Shown one piece after another: positions 52,532 to 64,000 of a DNA stretch of 64,000 bases. A program made the position numbers and the translations under genes. This DNA is from Hemiscyllium ocellatum (taxonomy: Eukaryota). Position 1 is the stretch's first letter. Every line of letters starts with the position of its first letter. The notes beneath the pieces were generated by a model, which saw nothing but the letters and a program-made list of their open reading frames with translations, was not told the origin of the DNA and did no database searches. The stretch spans positions 13,441,138-13,505,137 of the forward strand of contig NC_083440.1 of the NCBI RefSeq assembly GCF_020745735.1. Reading direction: 5' to 3'.

Positions 52532-53249
52532 CTGCATAATGAATAATCAAAGAAAATATCAATGTAGATGACATAGGTGTCAATGATTGCCATCCAAGAA
52601 TTCTCAGGATGCATTCTTATAAAAACATATGCATTAAAGGAGCAGGAGTAGACCGGTCCACCAATTGAAATATTCTACTATACAATAAAAATCAACACCA
52701 GTCTGAATGCCATCTTTAAAAAAAAATCAAAAACTATGCTTGAAATGCTCTTTGAAGGATTGTTACAAAACTCATCATCTGTGTGCAATAAGAAGAAAAA
52801 GTGCTGGAGGCTGGTAAAATTGCAGTATTTAAAAGACATCAAGATATGTTCATGAATAGGAACGTTTTTGAGAGATATGGGTCAAGTGCTGGTAAATGGA
52901 AATAGATTAGGTTAGGATATCTGGTCAGCACAGATGAGTTGGAAAGGAGGGTGTGCTTCCATGTTGTGTTTTTCTGTGACTCTGTCCCTCAAAGTGTTTA
53001 ATATCTCTGTTTTAACGGGGCTATCCGATTTGTCTTTCGTCGGTTAAGGTTAATTTTAGATTCCTCGACAAGAGGAAATCCCCAACATCCACCTTGCGAA
53101 TACCCCTCAAAATCTTATATGTCTCTTTCTTGTTAGTTTTAAACTCCAGTGTATACAAACCCAACCTCAGCTTTTCCAGATGCTAGTCTCGTAATTAATA
53201 TCTGAGCTCGTTATAATTCATTACATCCCTTTTTAACTATCAGGAATAA

Positions 53250-54960
53250 TGAATGACTAGAATAGGATAATGGGCCAATCAAGGACAGCAGTGGGACTTT
53301 GTATATGGATTCCGAGGAGTTAGGAGAAACGCTAAATGAGTATTGTTCATCATTATTCATGCCAGAAAAATGTAATGTTGTCGAGGAGAATACCAGAAAC
53401 AAGCTAGTAGACGAAACGGGATTAAGGTACACAAGGTCGAGGCATTAGTAATTCTGGAAAATAGACATGTCCCCTGGGCCGGATAGGATTTATCCTGGGA
53501 TTCTCTGGGAAGGCAGGGAGGAGATTCTACAGACTTTGATTTTGATCTTCGTTTTGTCATTGTCTACAGGAAAAGTGCCAGGAGACTGGAGGATGTCAAA
53601 TGTTGCCCCTTTGTTCAAGAAGCAGAGTTCAGGCAACCATGTTAATTTTCGACCAGTGAGCCTTATGTCGGTGGTGGTTGAAGTCTTGGAAAAGATTATA
53701 AGCGATAGGTTTTGTAAATAACTAGAAAGAAATAAGTTGATTAGGGATAGTCAACATAGTTTCGTGAAGTATAGGTGCTGGCTCACGAGCCTTATTGAGT
53801 TCTCTGAGAAGGTGAACAAACAGGTGGATGAGGATAAAGCAGTTGATGTGTAATAGATGGATTTTAGTAAGACATATGATAAGGTTTCCTGTGATAAGCT
53901 ATTGCACAAAATACGGAGGATGGGATTGAGGGTAATTTGCCGGTTTGGATCAGAAACTGACGAGCTGAAAGAAGACAGAGGCTGGTGGTTGATAGGAAAT
54001 GATGAACCTGGAGTCCAGTTACTATCTTTGTACCACAAGGATGTATTTTGGGGCCACTGCTGTTTGTCACTTTTATAAATGACCTGGGTGTGGGCGGAGA
54101 AGAATGTGTTAATAAATTTGCTGAAGACAATAAATTCGGCAGAGTTGTAGATAGTATCTAAGAATGTTGCAGGTTACATTAGGAGTAAGCTAATCTGCAG
54201 AACTGGGCTGAGAGGTAGCAGATGGAGTTGAATGCAGAAGTTTGAAATGGTTCATTTTGGAAGGAACATCAGGAGTAAAGAGTATTGGGCTAATAGTTCA
54301 TCGATTCTTCGTAGTGTAGATGAGCAGATATATCGGTGTCCATGTGCATAGATCCCTGAAAGTTGCCACCCAGGTTAATAGGGTTAGTAAGAAGGCATAC
54401 TGTGTTATCTTTTCATGGTAGAGTGATTGAGTTTTAGAGCCATAGGTCATGTTGCAGCTGTATAAAAGACCGGCCGTACTAGGAGTATTGCTTACAGTTA
54501 TGTTCACTGCATTATAGGAACGATGAGGAAGCATGAAAAGATTCAGAGGAGATGTATTAGGATGTTACCTGGTGCAGACTGATGTTCTTTTGAGGAAAGA
54601 CTGAGGAAATTGAGGCTGATTTCGTCAGTCAGAAGAAGGTTGAGAGTGACTTAATTCAGATATATGAAAATAAGAGGGTTAAGTAGGGTGGAGAGTGAGA
54701 CTATCTTTCCTCGGATGGTGATAGCTAGCACGAGGTGACTTAGCTTTAAATAGAGAATATATATCTGAGAAAGAGTAGGGAGTGGAACGACTTGCCTGAA
54801 AAAGTAATAGACTCACCAATTTTAATGGTATTTCAATGGTCATTGAATAAACATATGGATGAAAATGGAATAGTATAGATTTGATGGGCTTTAGATTGAT
54901 TTCACAGGTCGGCACAACTTTGTGGGCTGAAGAGCCATTACTACGCTAAAATGTTCTATG
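53250..54960 (+). mobile_element. CR1 LINE fragment in the J-C intron
   Basis: SPGPDRIYP, MDFSKTYDKV, KFAEDNK remnants; 3' tail near 54950. Confidence 0.9.
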
Positions 54961-57900
54961 TTATAAGTTCCAAATAACGGGAAAAATACGGAAATATTCA
55001 TGTTGATTGTTTTGACCAGAACAGATTTGATGTACAAGACAGTTTTTTTTTCATGGCTGTCGACTTCGATAATTCAATGACTGCACTTGACGTGGTCTTA
55101 ACAGTGTCCTATATAATAGCAACATAAGCTCCACAATTTTAGTCAATTGTTCCTTTAATATGAAATAACGTTCTATACGTGTTTCTAATCTTAGCTGCAT
55201 CAATGGAGCAATCTTTTGCAATTTATGATCTTTTATTTCGAGATCTTTATGCATCTCAGAGCTCTGAAATCGTTCACAATTTAGATGATATGTTACATTA
55301 TTGTTCCTCTTCGTCTATCATTATTGTCCATTGTTAAATCTACACCCATACAATTTATCTACATCCATTCGCACCCTACCTTTGTCCTCTACATTGCTCA
55401 TTTTCCTGCCTTTTCTTATGTTACTCGTAAATCTAGAAATGAAACCTTTCGTCTGTTCACACATCAACATAATTCACTAAAATAAATACTATGAAGTCAG
55501 GTCCCAGCACGGATCACTGTGGCAGAATTTTAAAAAAGGAGCTAGAAGTCAGACAGGTTCTGAGGAGCAGGGAGTTAACGTTTTGGAAATAAACCCTTCT
55601 TCCTAATGTAGGGCTTCTGCCCTAAACAGCGACATTCCTGCTCCTTGGATGCTGCCTGAACTACTGTGCTTTACTAGTCGACACTTTTTGACTCTGACTT
55701 TACAGCATCAGTAGTCCTCACTTTCTCCGGATCCCTGTGGCATCCCACTTTTCACTTGTTACGTTGAAGAAAGTGGCTTCATTATACATATTGTATCCTT
55801 CCGGTTAGGAACACCATATTCTATCTGTTTGGATATGTTAAACACAATACCATGAACTTCTAATTTCTGTACTAACATCTTATTAGGTAACCCATAACCT
55901 GCCTTCTGAAAATTTAAAGCACAATTCAATTACTACTTCCCCTTACTACTTCCACAAAAGGAATTTATCGTTGAACATGATCTTACTATCACAAAATGAT
56001 ACTCTACTCCCAGTTCTAAGTGCATGGTTATAACATACTTAATGATCGTTTTTAACACCTCCTTTTTGACAGATGTTAGGCTAACTGGTCTGTATTCTTC
56101 TGTTTTACCCATTTCAGCACAAAGAGTAGCATTGCCATTTTCCAATCTTCAGAATTTTCCCAATAATGGAATCTTGCTATATCAAGGGAAGTTTGATCCT
56201 TGAAACAGAAACCTCAATTGTCTCCCTAACCAGTTTTCAAAGGCCCTAGGATGAATGTATTTTTATTTCTTCCAGTGTACTACGTAACAACACTGAAAAA
56301 ACCAGCACACCATCTTCACAAGTGACTTACTGGCTTTAAATCATTCAATATCTATATAAATCACTTATCCAATCACATTTCTAGAACTTAAATCATCCCG
56401 CATTACTGCATTAAAGTGATCATTAATGAACAGAAACAAAGCTGCATAATTTCCTAATATCCTGTCTTTCCAAATACCCTCCAGCATTCATTTCCCAATC
56501 TATGGCCTCCTGTAGCTTTGTCTCTGTAAACGCCCAGGAAGACTATGTTTCGTTTGTATGAAACCTATTAAGAACACGATACTGAATCCATTTGCAATTG
56601 TCAGCATTTTTTTTGATTTTAACTAAGAACAATTAAGTTGTTAATCAGAACGTTTTTTGCTTATTGATTGAAATATGCTCGTTTCATTCACCAGAATTTC
56701 TATTGTCAGTTTTAAAAGCTTTACCTGAATTCAGGAAACGTTATTTGTGTAGTTGAATTATGTCTCGTGTCAGGTATTCATGGGGTCATAGAGTCATAGA
56801 GTCATAACACGGAAACATTGATCTCCTTTTTCAAATTCCGAAACTAACAAATAATTTAGGAAACTTATGGTGAACCTTTGAAAATCTCTGCGGGATCATA
56901 AATTGCACAAAATTTCAATTTCTTAACAGCTTGATTTATAAAGGGCATAGGGTCCTTGAGAACAAGCAGAGGAGTTCAGTCCTAATAAGTATGTTTTTCA
57001 TGAGTCAAACAAAAGCTGCTCCCATTTGATGTCTTCATAACAGCCGAGGACCACAGATTTACGATTTGGGCAAGGGACACATGGGGATGTATGAACATTT
57101 TGTTTTAGGCAGAGTGACTCTTAAGGACTTGGAATTTGGCTGCGTACAAGAATGGAGGAATTAGAGATAGTCAATGATTTTAGAAGGAAATTGAATGCCC
57201 ACTTGACTAAAGAAACTGGCAGAAGTACGGGATAATTATGGGAAATAGGAATAACTGGAAATCTGTACAGAAGCCAATATAGATTCAATGGGCGACATAT
57301 TTACCTTCTCTGCCATAACAAGTCTATTGATTCAGGGTTATTCCAAACTATGCTTTTACACGAAATGTAATCTAAAATGAAACCATGGGAACTCCTGGAA
57401 CGGATGGCATGGTTATTAAGTGGCTTGCTTTGCTTTCTCACAGTGCCAGGGCCCAGGTTCGATTCCAACCTCGAGGCACTGTCTGTGTGGAGTTTGCACG
57501 TTCTACCCGTGTTTGTGTGGTTTTTCTCTGGATGCACCGGTTTCCTCCCAAAATCCAAAGATGTGTAGGTTAGATCAATTGGCTATGTGAGATTACTCAC
57601 AGTGTTCAGGGATGTGTAGGCTTGGTGCCTTAGTCAGGGATAAATGAAGAGTAACAAGGGAGGGGAAAGGGTTTGGATGGGTTACTAGTTGGGGCCGGGG
57701 GGTTGGGGAGGGAGGAGGGTGTTGGTAGCTACTTGTTGGGCTGAAATGTCTATTGACACATTGGTGGGGTTCTATATATAATACCAAATAAGTGATGTAT
57801 ACTTAGCCCATTAATCTGGTAATGGCTCTTCTGTTGCATTTTGCAATTAAACCACCCCATCTTCATTAGCCCTTAAAGTTGCACATTTCAACTTTTCCCA

Positions 57901-59479
57901 ATTTGTGTCGTTACCATTTCTTATTTGTTTGCTTTCATCAATGCGACAGAATACATGTTGTGTTTCCACAATTCGCTCTTTAAATGGTGTTTAAGTGTTA
58001 TCTCACTGATTATTTTGGCAATCACTTTAAAGCTGTGTCATATTGGTAACAATCTCTCCTACATTGTAAACCGATTCAGCTGACTTACCAACACAAAGTT
58101 AATGATTTTTAGCTCCTTAGGTGGGTAAAGGCGGCAGATTTCATTGGTAAAGCATCTTAACAAACTAGATGGTTTTTGATGACAATTGACAGCAGTTAAA
58201 TGGTGTTCAATAGATCAGCTATATTTATTCCCCTACACATCTGCACCCAAACCATGTACAATTGTCTTCTTACTTATTTCGATTTTGCTAGGAGGAACAA
58301 AACTATGTCTAAATACCATTTTAATGTTACAACAGTGTCTGCACTTCATTGGCTCTAAAACCATGAAGCACTTTGAAGCATCGCAAATTACAAGACGAAG
58401 AAAGCAATGCAATTCTCGCTGATTTCCTTTAAGTTCCAAAGTTCACCTTGGAAACAGTGATATATGAACAAAATGATTAATTTCACTTTACTCAATCTTT
58501 ACATATATATTACAGTTGTGTGTAATTGAATGAGATGTCGTTCAGAGAAGGTTCACGAGATTTATTCCAGAGATGAACGGCTTATTTCATAGCAGAGATT
58601 GAGTAGTTCAGGCGGATAATCACTAGAGTTAAAAACAAGAAAATGAGAGGAGATTTAATTGAAGTATATGAGACGCTAAATGGGATGGACACAGAGGGGA
58701 TGTTTACTCGTGTAAGATAATCTGGAATGGGACGTCATTGTTATGTTATAAGAAGCTAAAACACGATTAGGTGGAATGATTTCTCTCAATCGTTACGAAT
58801 CTGTGGAATTTCCTAGTCCAGAGTGCTGTAGTTGCCAGGACATTGAGTAAATTAAAGGAAGAGAGAGGCTGATTTTTAATGAGTAAATGGGCAAAAAGGT
58901 TATGAAGTATGGGTAGAAAAGTGGAGTTGAGGCCGTGATTGGATCAAACATTATCATATTGAATGGCAGATGCGGCTCGAAGGACTGAATAATCTACTCC
59001 TGTTTTTAGTTCAGATTTTTAAATTGAAACCAGATAATTCGTTGATAAACATTGGGAGCACATTGGAAAGTTCTGGCCGACATAACCATTGTTTTGAAAA
59101 CACTCCAACAATGTTTATTTTTCCTATCTCGAATTACCTCCTGAACAACACACTTGGAACACGGAAATCAAATAAATTCATATTTTCCAACAACTTTTCA
59201 AACTAAAATTAACGTGGTGATATTCTCGCTCAAGTGAAGTATTACATGATGACAGGTAGCCGAAGACATTAATATCATGCCATTAAACATTAGAATTCAA
59301 CAGGACTTGAGAGGAAATATTCATGTGGTAATGTCGCTGGACTAATCATCTAAACAATCGGGAGTAATGTGCCATGATGTAAGAAGATAATGAAACTCTA
59401 GAAATCAAACCTGGATATAGGAGCATATGAACAGGAGTTTCTACTCATTCCCTTGAGACTGTTCCATCATGCTCATGAG

Positions 59480-60290
59480 GTCCAGACAAATGTGAGGTGA
59501 TGCATTTAGACAAGACTAATTCTAAAGCGAATTATGCAATGAATTGGAAGAGCCTTGGGAAAAGTTGATGGGCAGAGAGATCTGGGAGTGCAGGATAATT
59601 GTACACTAAAGGTTGCTGCACAGGTGGATAGAGTGGTCAAGAAGGTATATAGTATGTTTGCCTTCATTGGACGGGATATTGAGTACAAGAGCTGTCAAGT
59701 CATGTTAAAATTGTACAAGACATTGGTCGGTCGCATTTAGAACTCTGTGCAGTTCTGGTCGCCACATTGCCAAAAGGATGTGGACGCTTTGGAGAGGGTA
59801 CAGAGAAGGTTTACAAGGATGTTGCCTGGTATGAAAGGTGCTGAATACGAAGAAAGGTTGAGTAGGTTAGATTTGTTTTCATTAGAAAAAGGAGAGGGCG
59901 CGGGTGGGGGAGAGCGGTGGGGGGAACCTGAAGGATCTAAACCATGAAAGATCTAGACAGGATATATAGGGACAAGTTTTTTTTTCCTAGGGTGAAGGAT
60001 TCAATAACGAGAGTTCACGCTTTCAAGGTGAGAGGTGGAAAGTTTAAGTGGATCCACGCAGCAAGTACTTCACACAGAGGGTGGTGGGTGTTTGTAACGC
60101 GTTACCAGCAGAAGTGGGAGAGGCAGACACTGTAGATTAATTTAAGATGCGGCTGGATAAATGTATGAGTGGGTGGGGAGTAGCGGGATACAAATTCTTA
60201 GGAAATGACCGACAGGCTTAGACATTACATTTTGGTCGGCTCAGGCTTGGAGGGCCAAAGTGCCAGTTCCTGGGCTGTAAATTCCTTGTT
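59480..60290 (+). mobile_element. CR1 LINE 3' fragment in the J-C intron
   Basis: QRDLGVQ, VQFWSP, ALERVQRRFTRMLPGM. Confidence 0.9.
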
Positions 60291-61458
60291 ATTTGTTCTT
60301 TGTCTACCCCTTTTGCTTGGTTGTAATTTGATACTCTTGCTTGGTTGTAATTTGATGCTGTTGTCAATACCATATGCAATGCCGTCCCAAGTTTATTTTC
60401 ACTAAGTTTGTATATTTGAATTTTTTATACAGCTATCCAAGTATTAATGAATATTGAGAGCAATTGATATCCAAACACTGATTCCTTATTAGACGCAGTA
60501 ACAGTGATCATAAATCCATCATCAACTCTTATAAAAATCCACATGGTTCAGTTTCAGAAGGTTATCAACCACCCTTACTTGGCCTGCCTCACATATGACT
60601 CCAGCCCCACAGCAATGTGGTTGACCCTGAATTATTAACACGACAGTTATGGTTAAATGCTGACCAAACCTGAGACATAAACATCCTCTGAACAAGTATA
60701 TACAAATGATAGCCTAGCAAATATTTCTAAACTAATAACAGCGATAGCAGACTCATAGTCTTGCAAACAACAATAAGTATCTGATTTTGACGTTGTGATC
60801 ATTCTTAATGCCAATTAATGTCACTGGGCATTTCATTAACAAAAATAAACTAATAGTACCTCTCTGAAGAGAGTTTTCTTTATGTCGCATTATCCATTTT
60901 CTCCCTCGTCATGTCTCCCTTTCTACATGACCTTGTTTGAATGTGACCCCTGGACACCAATGTAAATTTGTTTAAGGACTCTTGGATCGTATCAGTTGAA
61001 GTTCCAGACTTCTCTATTTCCCTAATTGTATTGTTCCCAGCTTGGACTTGCACCAACGACTCATTTTGAAAATACGTGCATAGAAATGATGCAAACAGAG
61101 AGCACAAATCACAAAATGGCATGGTCAGAAATATTCTGAACCGTATGTAATGAAAAGTTAAAGAGATGTCTATCGTTTCCTCTTTACGTCTGAGAGAGCA
61201 ACAGGCAGAAACACACAACAAATAAAGTGAAGACTTTGATCGTGAACAATATTATTAATAGGTTAAAAATAGGTTGTCGTAGTAGGGCAGACAATCTAAG
61301 TTGGGACTAATGTAATGTTTGAACAGGTCGTCAATTTTTTAACACTGAAAGAAACAAAGAATTCCTTTGAGGTAATGCTGGACAATAACTGAAACTATTT
61401 TCTGCACCAACTCCATTCTCACTGGAGGAAGTAAATATATACAGAATTGTTTACTCAC

Positions 61459-61511
61459 CTGTAACCACTAATTTGGTACCAATGCCAAATGTATAATCGT
61501 AGTTATTTCAC
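61459..61511 (-). CDS. TRBJ: TCR beta J segment (NNYDYTFGIGTKLVVT)
   Basis: 53 nt between heptamer CACAGTG (plus 61512-61518) and donor G|gtgagt; FGxG motif; phase 1 end fits TRBC exon 1. The first full germline codon is TGA. Confidence 0.92.
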
Positions 61512-61539
61512 CACAGTGGTACAGAATAGTACTACAATG
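61512..61539 (-). other. Recombination signal sequence of the J at 61459 (perfect heptamer, weak nonamer)
   Basis: CACAGTG + 12-nt spacer GTACAGAATAGT + ACTACAATG (5/9 to ACAAAAACC). Confidence 0.7.
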
Positions 61540-62971
61540 CCCAATAAATTAAAACTCAAGATGGAGGATCTTCAAAGAGGAATGTCACAACTCAAACTTA
61601 TATGTGCTTGCTTTCTGAATTAAAACAGAGGTCATTTGTTCCATAATATCTCGGATTGAGAAAGCAATTTGAATGCAATTAATAGAAAAAATCCAAAGAT
61701 GGGTCAGACTCAAGTCGCAGATGACATACTGAGCCACAGGAGAGCATATTGAGATGCACGATCAAAAAATTGATAAATAATTGGGGCTTAAGAAGCATTT
61801 CAAGTTAATAAAGAGAAAAAAGTAACCAACAGAACAGGAGAACCAAAAATTGATGTATTTAGTGGCTAAACACGTAAATTATATGAGTACAGATTTGATG
61901 GATTGCAGAAGATGCAGGATATTTGCAGAGCTGGTGAAGATGACAAAGGTGAGTACGGAAAGAAGAATACAAGTGTGTTAAAGACAAACATGATCGCTCT
62001 CTAAACTGGGAGAGTCCACTCTCTGTTAACATCATCTATGTCCCTGAGGTGACTGCTGCACGTGAAATGCATAAATGCACCCAAAAGACTTAAAATGCCC
62101 TCATCAACAAAATGAATTCAAACCTCAGCTCTGTTTTGATCTAAAATGAACAACTATGTGTTAGATGAAAAGAGCGAATTAGCTATTGCAAAGATTGGCC
62201 CGTCATTTCACATTTTTAAATTTAAATATTCAATTAGAATTACATATTGAGCAGTTCAGCAGTAACCCCAAAAGAGGTTGAAGCAGATATCTCAATACGT
62301 AGTGGGTTGAGGTTCGTAGTGTTCATACTTTTAAGGAAAAGTTCTATAAAACATGAGGGAAAAGCAAAACACAAGAAAGCGTTCATGGTTTGAGGTGAAT
62401 AGCAAGTGGGAAAATTGTCCTAGGGATAATGCACAGTAGCAGTAAACAATTATTTAAGCACCATGCATTGTTTTGGCAATGTTTTTCTGCTTTATGGTGC
62501 AGGGGTACCAGGAGGAGAATGATAGCAACGCAGGCTTGACATTATGAAGGTGTTTAATATCACAAGTAGCATAAATAAGATGAACTCCCGGTGTTACTTC
62601 CCCGTGAAATGAAAGTCCAAAACTAGAGGAAATAGGTTTAATATGAGAGGGGAAATAATTAAAAGGAGCTTGAGGGACACTTTTTTTCACACAGGGGGTA
62701 GTCCGTACATAGAAAAAGCTGACAGTGGAAGTATTAGATGAAGATATAGTTATACTCTTTTACAGAATACCTGCAGTGTGGAAGCTGCCCATTTGTCCAT
62801 CGCTCTAAAGCGATCATCTGAAGAGCATGCCATCCAAAACCACACTCCGATCCCATCCCTCTAACTCTGAATTTTCCATGGCCGTTCTAACTAGCAGAAA
62901 CATCTTTGGACACAATGAAAAATTTACAATCACCAATCTAACCAGCACATCTCAGGCCTATGGGACAAAAC

Positions 62972-63205
62972 ACTGACTGTGTGGAGTTTGCACGTTCTCC
63001 CCGTGTCTGCGTGGGTTTCCTCCGGGTGCTCCGGTTTCCTCCCACAGTCCAAAGATGTGCGGGTCAGGTGAATTGGCCATGCTAAATTGCCCGTAGTGTT
63101 AGGTAAGGGGTAATGTAGGGGTATGGGTGGGTTTCGCTTCGGCGGGTCGGTGTGGACTTGTTGGGCCGAAGGGCCTGTTTCCACACTGTAAGTCTAATCT
63201 AAAAA
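62972..63205 (+). mobile_element. 5'-truncated HE1-type SINE between the two J segments
   Basis: Near-identical to the body and tail of the SINE at 28046. Confidence 0.92.
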
Positions 63206-63505
63206 ACCGCAAAGGAAACCCAAGCAGACAGGGGGAGAACATAAGACCTCCACCAAGACAGTCACCCAAGGATAAAATCTGGCGTTGTGATGCAATTGTG
63301 AGCAACTTTATCAATATTATTAAGAATGAGTGAATCTCGCAGAGCAGAGAATCCAAATGAAGATTATTAGAATGATTGAACAGGTTGTCAAGTTCTTACC
63401 ACTGGGAAAAAGCTCGTAAGAACAATGCTGGATAATGGCCAAACTTCCCTACTATTGGAGTAATTAAATTTACAATTTTGTGTAATATATTAAATGTTCA
63501 CCTAC

Positions 63506-63558
63506 CAGCAAACACTAATTTTGTTCAGGTGACAAATGTATACTCATAGCAATAACAT
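63506..63558 (-). pseudogene. TRBJ: TCR beta pseudo-J (CYCYEYTFVT*TKLVFA)
   Basis: 53 nt, 37/53 ungapped identity to the J at 61459; FGxG is replaced by F-V-T-stop; donor G|gtaggt. Confidence 0.85.
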
Positions 63559-63586
63559 CACAATGGTAGTCTGCAGTGTTAAAACT
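63559..63586 (-). other. 12-RSS of the pseudo-J
   Basis: Read on plus: CACAATG + 12-nt spacer GTAGTCTGCAGT + GTTAAAACT. Confidence 0.8.
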
Positions 63587-64000
63587 ACGAAAAAGTAAAA
63601 AAAAAAGACATGCGGGGAGGAATCTTCAGTGAGAAATATTTGAACATGCATAATCTTACATTCCGGTTTAAAATAGGGATATTTGATTCGCAGTGTATGG
63701 GTTTATATAGCAACTTAAATGCAAATAGATTTTCTATAGGTATTTCAGTGGCTAAGTGGCAGAATCATACTGGCCCACGTGTATACATTAGAATCAAAAG
63801 TCTGTTTAAGTATTTGGGATTTAAGAAGCAACTTCAAGATAATGAAAGAGACAAAGTTGCAAACTGAATTACTGAACCTCAGTGAAAGCAATTGACGTGT
63901 TTCATGGTTGAGTGTTTGAGGGCATGGATGTCTGTAGTTAAGTTCAATCTTTATGAATCCAAAGTTGATGGCATGCAGAAGATGAAAGAAGTTTATAAAG

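Noticed and set aside
58274-58362. J-like stretch on the minus strand (SFVPPSKIEI|gtaaga) with a heptamer-like AACAGTG and nonamer-like TCTAAAACC
   Set aside because: No FGxG, the heptamer lacks the invariant CAC, and the spacer is 16 nt. Chance is likely; at best an extremely decayed pseudo-J.
60880-61221. 113-aa minus-strand ORF just downstream of the intact J
   Set aside because: No recognisable domain or splice structure; lies in the J-C intron.
1-64000. V and D segments, tRNA/rRNA genes, CRISPR arrays
   Set aside because: CACAGTG/CACTGTG hits outside the two J segments lack V ends or paired RSS. The tRNA-like sequences are SINE heads. No direct-repeat/spacer array is present.

Overview
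Repeat-rich vertebrate genomic DNA. HE1-type SINEs and CR1/HER1-type LINEs point to a shark; the species is not determined. The right half holds the 3' end of a T-cell receptor beta locus on the minus strand. Its four-exon TRBC gene is intact (Ig-C1 52190-52531, hinge 51664-51684, TM 49159-49265, cytoplasmic 44853-44879). Upstream lie one J segment with an intact FGxG motif (61459-61511) and one pseudo-J (63506-63558). The main surprise is a second, diverged TCR-beta-like hinge + TM + cytoplasmic exon set on the PLUS strand (25406-25726). It faces TRBC tail-to-tail, keeps the TM lysine/KSILY motif, and lacks the hinge cysteine; only a decayed candidate Ig-C1 exon is visible for it (~15310-15546). 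Between the two units is a compact cluster of three RUNX sites plus an E-box (candidate enhancer, ~30080-30240). The left quarter holds pseudogenes: an NLR (NACHT-LRR) relic, two GPR139-like GPCR relics and a truncated Gypsy element. Many CR1 fragments, HE1 SINEs and Penelope-like hairpin elements with hammerhead-core motifs fill the rest. No V or D segment was recognised. All calls are by eye, and repeat boundaries are approximate.
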